DNA from: an uncultured archaeon
GTDB taxonomy: Archaea; Thermoplasmatota; Penumbrarchaeia; JASLWR01
Assembly: GCA_964342815.1 (NCBI GenBank)
Contig: CAYFHS010000013.1
Location: 52,710-116,709 of the forward strand
Length of the DNA stretch: 64,000 bases
Reading direction: 5' to 3'
A program made the translations under genes and the position numbers. Each line of letters opens with the position of its first letter. Position 1 is the stretch's first letter. The notes under the pieces are model-generated. The model was not told where the DNA came from. It did no database searches and saw only the letters and a list, made by a program, of their open reading frames with translations. Shown here piece by piece: positions 58,801-64,000 of this stretch.

Positions 58801-61800
58801 TCAATCATCTTCGGGAACTACGAACCACCGCTTCTCCTCGTCCATCTCTTTTGATACAAGTATCCGTTCGGCTGAAAGATGCTCAAGATGATAGCTAAGA
58901 GTCCGACCCGATAAAATCAGCTCATTTTTAATCTCCCTATAATTGGCTCCCGGTCGCTTTGTTACAAGTGCTACAATTTGAAGCCGCGTTTCTTCTTTCG
59001 GCCCATCTCGACTTTTCATGAGAGCTAAACAGACAATAACCACCAGGAACAGGAAAAAAACAATGATGAAAATGATTAGGTTGATATTGGGACCGGATAC
59101 CTTAGTTTCCCATCGCTTCGGATCATCCGGATATTTGTCCAGATCATTATCTATGCCGTCACCGTCCCTATCAAATGGTGTCGATATATTATCGTACGGA
59201 TCACTGCCGGACGAATTCTCGTAGCTGTCGTTCCAGCCGTCGCCATCAGAATCAGGCTCCGGTATTTCCTCGGGCGGAGGTACGAATTTTCTGTGGTCCG
59301 GAACTGGCGTTACAGGCGGTTTTACAAGAGGAAAATGATCCACGGCCCCTGCGCCCCCGTCAATATTATATGGTACGTCTATGATCCCGTCTTGATTTTC
59401 GTCCGGGGAGATATGATCAGACCAGTAATTTCCTTTGGTGGACGTATTCCAGTAATTCACTCCGTCATCGGAGCTCTGAATCCTAGCGAAATTATGAATG
59501 AAAATATTGGAATAGAACAGATTGCCGCTGCTTTTCAGAATCACCCTGATCCCTTGTTCATTGTTGATGATGAGATTGCCCGTGAAAACATTGTCGGAGG
59601 AGTATTTCAGCGACATTCCTTCTTCGGCATTTCCAATTATGGTACAGTTACGTATGGCAGTTGTATCGGTATGGTAGAGATTGAAACCCGTTTTGGCATT
59701 GTTAAGGGAAATGCAGTCGATTATCGCGCTTCCCGTGGTCATTAAATAGTACCCGTCGCCGCCGTTCAGACTGGAATTGCAGTTTTCTATAGTATAGTAA
59801 TAGGAGTCGAAAAGATATATACCGCTTTTATTGTTGCCCTGAAGCGTGAAGTTATCGATCTGGTTACCGTTCGATAACCAGTATGCATAGATACCGTAAC
59901 CGTCATTACCGCTGCTGGAACCGTTCGTGAATAGATTTGCACCCGAATAATACAGACTGACACCCACCTCGCCGTTCAGATCGAATGTGCAGCGGGATAT
60001 GATGTTCATGTAAGAATCGGTCATATACATCCCCGCACCGTAATTCTGATCACTGCGGCATTTGGATATCTTGCTGTACCTTGCACCGCCCAGAACGATC
60101 CCTATTACGTTTCGGGTGCTGTTGCAATTCCTGACGGTGCTGTTGTTGGATGCCAGCACTATGCCGTATGAGCTGTTTATCACCCTTATCCCGCTTATAT
60201 TCGTCCGGTTGGCGTTCACCCGGATCCCTTCTCCCAGCCATTCACCGTCTATTGTTGTATTCTCCATACCCGCACCCACTAGATCAATTGTCTTGTTGAT
60301 GACGATATTTTCTCGATAATGTCCAGCATTCACACGAACAGTCCACCCTTCGGTTACGTTGTCGATAGCTTCCTGTATCGTGAGATAATCACCATTCCCC
60401 GCGGAATCGACAATGACGAGATTGTCCGGTCGGATAGAAAGAACTGTGATAATAAAAGTGTCGTTTGCCGCATTTCCGAAAGAATCCGTTACTGTAAGCG
60501 TTACAACATACGTTCCAGCCAATTCGAAGGTGAAGGATGGAGCCGAACCGAAAAACCGGACCGTTGAATTATCGTAGGTGAAATACCATGTGAAGTTTAC
60601 GATACCGTCATTATCGCGACTGCCGCTGGAATTGAATATTACCGTCTCGTACTGGTCCACGGTGATATTCGGGCCCGCAACTGCCACTGGAGGAGTAATG
60701 TCCGTGACCGTGATACTCAGGTTGTCGTTATCGGTCATATTGAGGACATTCGTTACTGCGAGAGTTATGTTATAGTCGCCGGGCATCAAAAACTTGAATG
60801 TCGGAGTCTCATCATAGAGCGTTATCGATGTGGAATCATGGACAAAGGACCACGTGAAATTCGTTAGCGCCGGATATCCTTTAGATCCGGTTCCATTGAA
60901 ATAATGGACGTCATCGAGACCAATTGATACATCTGCTCCCGCATCTGCCCGTATAAAATACTCGCTAAAAGGTTTTAACAAGGGATAATTGTCCACTGCG
61001 GCCCCCGCTCCCGAGAGAATATAGGGTTCGTCAATTATTCCATCAACATTATTATCAGGCAAAAGCAGATCGGACCAGTAGTTTCCCCGGCTGTTATTAT
61101 CATCCCAATAATTTTTTGTACCCTCATCCCTTGCCTGGACGCCCGTTCCGTTGTTGTTCTCGAATTGATTATGGTAAATTTTGTTTTCCGATGAAAAATC
61201 ATCAGAGATATCGACAGCGAAACCAGTAGTGTTGATGAAAGAATTTTCAATTATTTTATTACGTTCCGAACTTTGAATCATTATTCCGGTGCCGTTGCAG
61301 TCAGAAAAAATATTTTTGGATAGAAAGTTATTGGACGAGTGGTTCAGAACAATTCCGGTGCCCAAGTCCGGAAGCTCATTGACCTTCGTGGTAGTAAGTG
61401 AAACGCGGGAGATAGCAAACTTCACGCTGGCCGAGGTGGTGTCATCTCCAATAAATAACAGATTGGCAGTTTCGTAAGGGTCCAGGAGCCCGCTGAAAGC
61501 CGTATAATCCCGCAAGGTCCCGTTGAGTATTTGACCGCCATGGGCTGACAAGGAATACGAATCATTTAAGATTTCCAGGCTGTAGTTCACGAGAGCTTCA
61601 GTGGTGTTGAAAGCTGCACCCTCGGCATGGGTGAACAGATCACCATTTGGAGGTACGTCGTCACCTCCTTCCTGGACCCATATCTCGTTCTCCCAGAAGC
61701 CCAGCTCCACCGCCGCAAGGTCGCTACAGATGACGATAACGCTTAATCCGGACCGATCATCGATACCGTCACCGTTTCTGTCGCTTCCTGAATGGGTCTC

Positions 61801-62655
61801 AGAGTATATGCGGAATGTGAAGTTCACTGTGAACCCTGCAGCCCTGTCCAGTGGGGGAGAATCATCGGGATTGTTGAAATATCCCGCATAATCTCCCTTG
61901 GCGGCAGTGGTATCGAGAATGGTTGTATTGTTCTCGAAGAATTCAAGCGCCGAGGACGAGAAGGGATATGTAACGTACGTGAGGCTTTGGTTGCCCGGTT
62001 TTCCCCCCAGTTCTCCATCATAGAGAACATTATGGATTTCCGTGGGCGGACCCGGCGGTACCGACGTTGCTGTTATTCGGTTATTCAAAATAGAGTTGTT
62101 CGAGGAGGAATCAAGGCGTATACTATGCCCGCCTCGTGAGAATATTCTGTTACTATCTATTTTATTATAGTAGGCGGACTGAAGAGAGATGCCGTTCCTG
62201 TTATTGAAGAGGTCGCATTCCTCGATTATATTATTGCTGCCTTGAATGAAGATGCCGGAATCATCCTCGGATGAGCCGCTGCCGGTGATATTGATATTGC
62301 TTATATTCACCATATTTCCCTGGATGTCAATGACGTTGCCGACACCGTTTCCCACGATTCTTGTAAGGCCCCATCCATCACCTGTCAGATCGATACTCTT
62401 GTTGATCAAGAGATTCTCGTAATATGTCCCGGCCTCCACCCTCACGATCGCTCCCTCGCTGGCATTATCGATGGCCCACTGGATGCGGGTATAATCTCCT
62501 GCACCGAATAAGTTTACGATTATCATGTTACTTCTCGACGTATCCCCCGAATATTCTCCCACAACGCCTGTTTCCGGGGCTCGGTTATAATTTATAACGG
62601 GAATCGTCAACAACAATGATACAAATAATACCGCCATTTCTTTGGTTTTTAACAT
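58801..62655 (-). CDS. Surface protein: NosD beta-helices, inserted lectin-like domain, two PKD domains, DxDGDG repeats, TM, cytoplasmic winged HTH
   Basis: RIQWAIDNA..V.AGTYYEN (twice), ADAG..PKD, TM LIIFIIVFFLFLVVIVCLAL, tail RLQI..PGANY..LSYHL..L. Confidence 0.88.
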   Translation of the reverse strand: MLKTKEMAVLFVSLLLTIPVINYNRAPETGVVGEYSGDTSRSNMIIVNLFGAGDYTRIQWAIDNASEGAIVRVEAGTYYENLLINKSIDLTGDGWGLTRIVGNGVGNVIDIQGNMVNISNINITGSGSSEDDSGIFIQGSNNIIEECDLFNNRNGISLQSAYYNKIDSNRIFSRGGHSIRLDSSSNNSILNNRITATSVPPGPPTEIHNVLYDGELGGKPGNQSLTYVTYPFSSSALEFFENNTTILDTTAAKGDYAGYFNNPDDSPPLDRAAGFTVNFTFRIYSETHSGSDRNGDGIDDRSGLSVIVICSDLAAVELGFWENEIWVQEGGDDVPPNGDLFTHAEGAAFNTTEALVNYSLEILNDSYSLSAHGGQILNGTLRDYTAFSGLLDPYETANLLFIGDDTTSASVKFAISRVSLTTTKVNELPDLGTGIVLNHSSNNFLSKNIFSDCNGTGIMIQSSERNKIIENSFINTTGFAVDISDDFSSENKIYHNQFENNNGTGVQARDEGTKNYWDDNNSRGNYWSDLLLPDNNVDGIIDEPYILSGAGAAVDNYPLLKPFSEYFIRADAGADVSIGLDDVHYFNGTGSKGYPALTNFTWSFVHDSTSITLYDETPTFKFLMPGDYNITLAVTNVLNMTDNDNLSITVTDITPPVAVAGPNITVDQYETVIFNSSGSRDNDGIVNFTWYFTYDNSTVRFFGSAPSFTFELAGTYVVTLTVTDSFGNAANDTFIITVLSIRPDNLVIVDSAGNGDYLTIQEAIDNVTEGWTVRVNAGHYRENIVINKTIDLVGAGMENTTIDGEWLGEGIRVNANRTNISGIRVINSSYGIVLASNNSTVRNCNSTRNVIGIVLGGARYSKISKCRSDQNYGAGMYMTDSYMNIISRCTFDLNGEVGVSLYYSGANLFTNGSSSGNDGYGIYAYWLSNGNQIDNFTLQGNNKSGIYLFDSYYYTIENCNSSLNGGDGYYLMTTGSAIIDCISLNNAKTGFNLYHTDTTAIRNCTIIGNAEEGMSLKYSSDNVFTGNLIINNEQGIRVILKSSGNLFYSNIFIHNFARIQSSDDGVNYWNTSTKGNYWSDHISPDENQDGIIDVPYNIDGGAGAVDHFPLVKPPVTPVPDHRKFVPPPEEIPEPDSDGDGWNDSYENSSGSDPYDNISTPFDRDGDGIDNDLDKYPDDPKRWETKVSGPNINLIIFIIVFFLFLVVIVCLALMKSRDGPKEETRLQIVALVTKRPGANYREIKNELILSGRTLSYHLEHLSAERILVSKEMDEEKRWFVVPEDD

Positions 62656-62854
62656 ATTATCACATTGAATATCCTGCAGTCCGGGGCGGTACCTTTACCG
62701 TTCGACATCGATAAATAATTATCGTAATCTATTATTTGTGTTAAATTGTACGATCATCCACCTGGTTTCTTTTTCAGATCAAGTTGATTGCAGAATCAAG
62801 CTCATTTCAAAATTTTAAAAATGGAGAAATGTCCTAAAGAAAAAAATGTCCGGA

Positions 62855-63178
62855 CTATCCGAACGTTAAAATTCTATCCGATTCTTTGACGAGTTCCAGC
62901 AGATCATTCATGGTGGATAGAGGACATACATTACTGCCTTCTTTATTCCTTAACTTCAAACAGGTCCCGCAAACCAAGATCCGCCCTCCCCGGTCCATGA
63001 ACGTAACGATTTGTTTTCCTATGTCGAATCGGTCATCTTCGATCTCATCCAAGTCAACTCCCCTCCCCATTAAGAACATCTTAACTTCATTGTTGTCAAG
63101 AAGCGATGTCACAGCAAATCTCAAGGAATTCCATACAGTTTCCGCGTCATTCGTGTTAAGTACGATACCAATTTTCAT
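62855..63178 (-). CDS. DsrE/DsrF-like family protein
   Basis: MKIGIV..ETVWNSLRF, VKMFLMGRGV, LVCGTCLKLR, ESDRILTF; start trimmed to 63178. Confidence 0.85.
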   Translation of the reverse strand: MKIGIVLNTNDAETVWNSLRFAVTSLLDNNEVKMFLMGRGVDLDEIEDDRFDIGKQIVTFMDRGGRILVCGTCLKLRNKEGSNVCPLSTMNDLLELVKESDRILTFG

Positions 63179-63306
63179 TTTCTCTCCTCGATTTATCGAT
63201 ATAATCAAAATCCAATAAATATCTTCTCTAATAACTGCGGAATCCGAACACTGCTATAAATTAGTATAACAAGGTCGCTATGTCATATTGCTAAAATAAA
63301 AATGAA

Positions 63307-63999
63307 TTACACCGAGATTCCCATCAATTCCATCATCATCGAACTATGTTCCACCATGGATATACCATACCTCTCACGGAACCCTTCGAGCATTGCGTCC
63401 TGTTCTGCCGAGCCTGTCCCAGCCTTCATGGAATTTTTTAACATGCTCTTGTAATGTTCGAGATTCTTTTCCCTCTCCTTTAATACACGTTTCATCTCGT
63501 GCAGCATAACGTCAGCGCTGTTGTAACGGTTCTCCTTCCGCTTTTCTAGAGACCTCATTATGATGTTGTCTATCTCCGGGGGAATTCCCCATCTAAGGGA
63601 GCTGGGACGAGGAGGATTATCGTTCACGATCTTATTTATTATGCCAATCGGATCGGGCGCTGCAAATGGATTTCTCCCTGTAAGTATCTCGTAAAAGACT
63701 ATACCGATCTGGAACACGTCCGTACTCCAATCCACCTCGCCGTATCGCTCCTGGCTCACCTGCTCGGGGGCACTGTATATCAGGGTTCCCTTGGTTCCTA
63801 TGGTTTTCGATACGCTCTCTGAAGCCATGAATTTGCCGATCCCCCAGTCAGATATCTTGGGAACATCGTCTTTTGTAAAAAGGATATTTTCCGGCTTGAT
63901 ATCACGATGAACCGAGGCCATCCTATGCGCGTAGGCCAGACCCGACAATATTCCCTCAATATATGTTAAAGCCTTGTCCATGGGAAGAGGTTCTCCTTT
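63307..63999 (-). CDS. Hanks-type Ser/Thr protein kinase, C-terminal part (5' end outside the window)
   Basis: HRDIKPENILF, DWG in place of DFG, GTLIYSAPEQ, TDVFQIG; frame stays open to the window edge. Confidence 0.92.
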   Translation of the reverse strand, partial: KGEPLPMDKALTYIEGILSGLAYAHRMASVHRDIKPENILFTKDDVPKISDWGIGKFMASESVSKTIGTKGTLIYSAPEQVSQERYGEVDWSTDVFQIGIVFYEILTGRNPFAAPDPIGIINKIVNDNPPRPSSLRWGIPPEIDNIIMRSLEKRKENRYNSADVMLHEMKRVLKEREKNLEHYKSMLKNSMKAGTGSAEQDAMLEGFRERYGISMVEHSSMMMELMGISV

Positions 64000-64000
64000 C

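Overview
An archaeal chromosome segment. Archaeal markers include Rpo11/RpoL, uL16/L10e, Hel308, archaeal-type RibC/RibL and a BHB-intron tRNA. The style of the surface proteins suggests Thermoplasmatota, which is an inference. Housekeeping content: a four-gene ABC-2 operon, ribB-ribL-ribC-ribH, trmJ, rpoL-truD, rpl10e, a TRAM protein, nadC, dnaK, hel308 and a bacterial-type metK. About half the window encodes large secreted or membrane-anchored proteins built from beta-helix, Ig/PKD, WD40, thioredoxin/Omp28-like, metallo-beta-lactamase and Ca-binding DxDxDG repeat modules. These carry varied cytoplasmic tails (Zn-ribbon, TPR, winged HTH, acidic or RS-rich regions). Most unusual observations: (1) tandem paralogues whose thioredoxin/Omp28-like domains are circular permutations of each other; (2) a 168-bp palindrome-dense insertion with a 5-bp duplication that splits one unit of a 65-bp tandem repeat; (3) a dispersed family of hairpin/A-tract intergenic elements, two of which bracket an AT-rich orphan gene; (4) a solo DnaK ending in two Zn-ribbons, with an inverted-repeat operator candidate upstream; (5) a receptor-like surface protein ending in a wHTH; (6) an intron-containing tRNA-Ala(GGC) with a duplicated 3' end next to an AT-rich flank. 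I found no CRISPR array, rRNA, integrase or transposase. Domain names come from motif recognition by eye; no database was searched.
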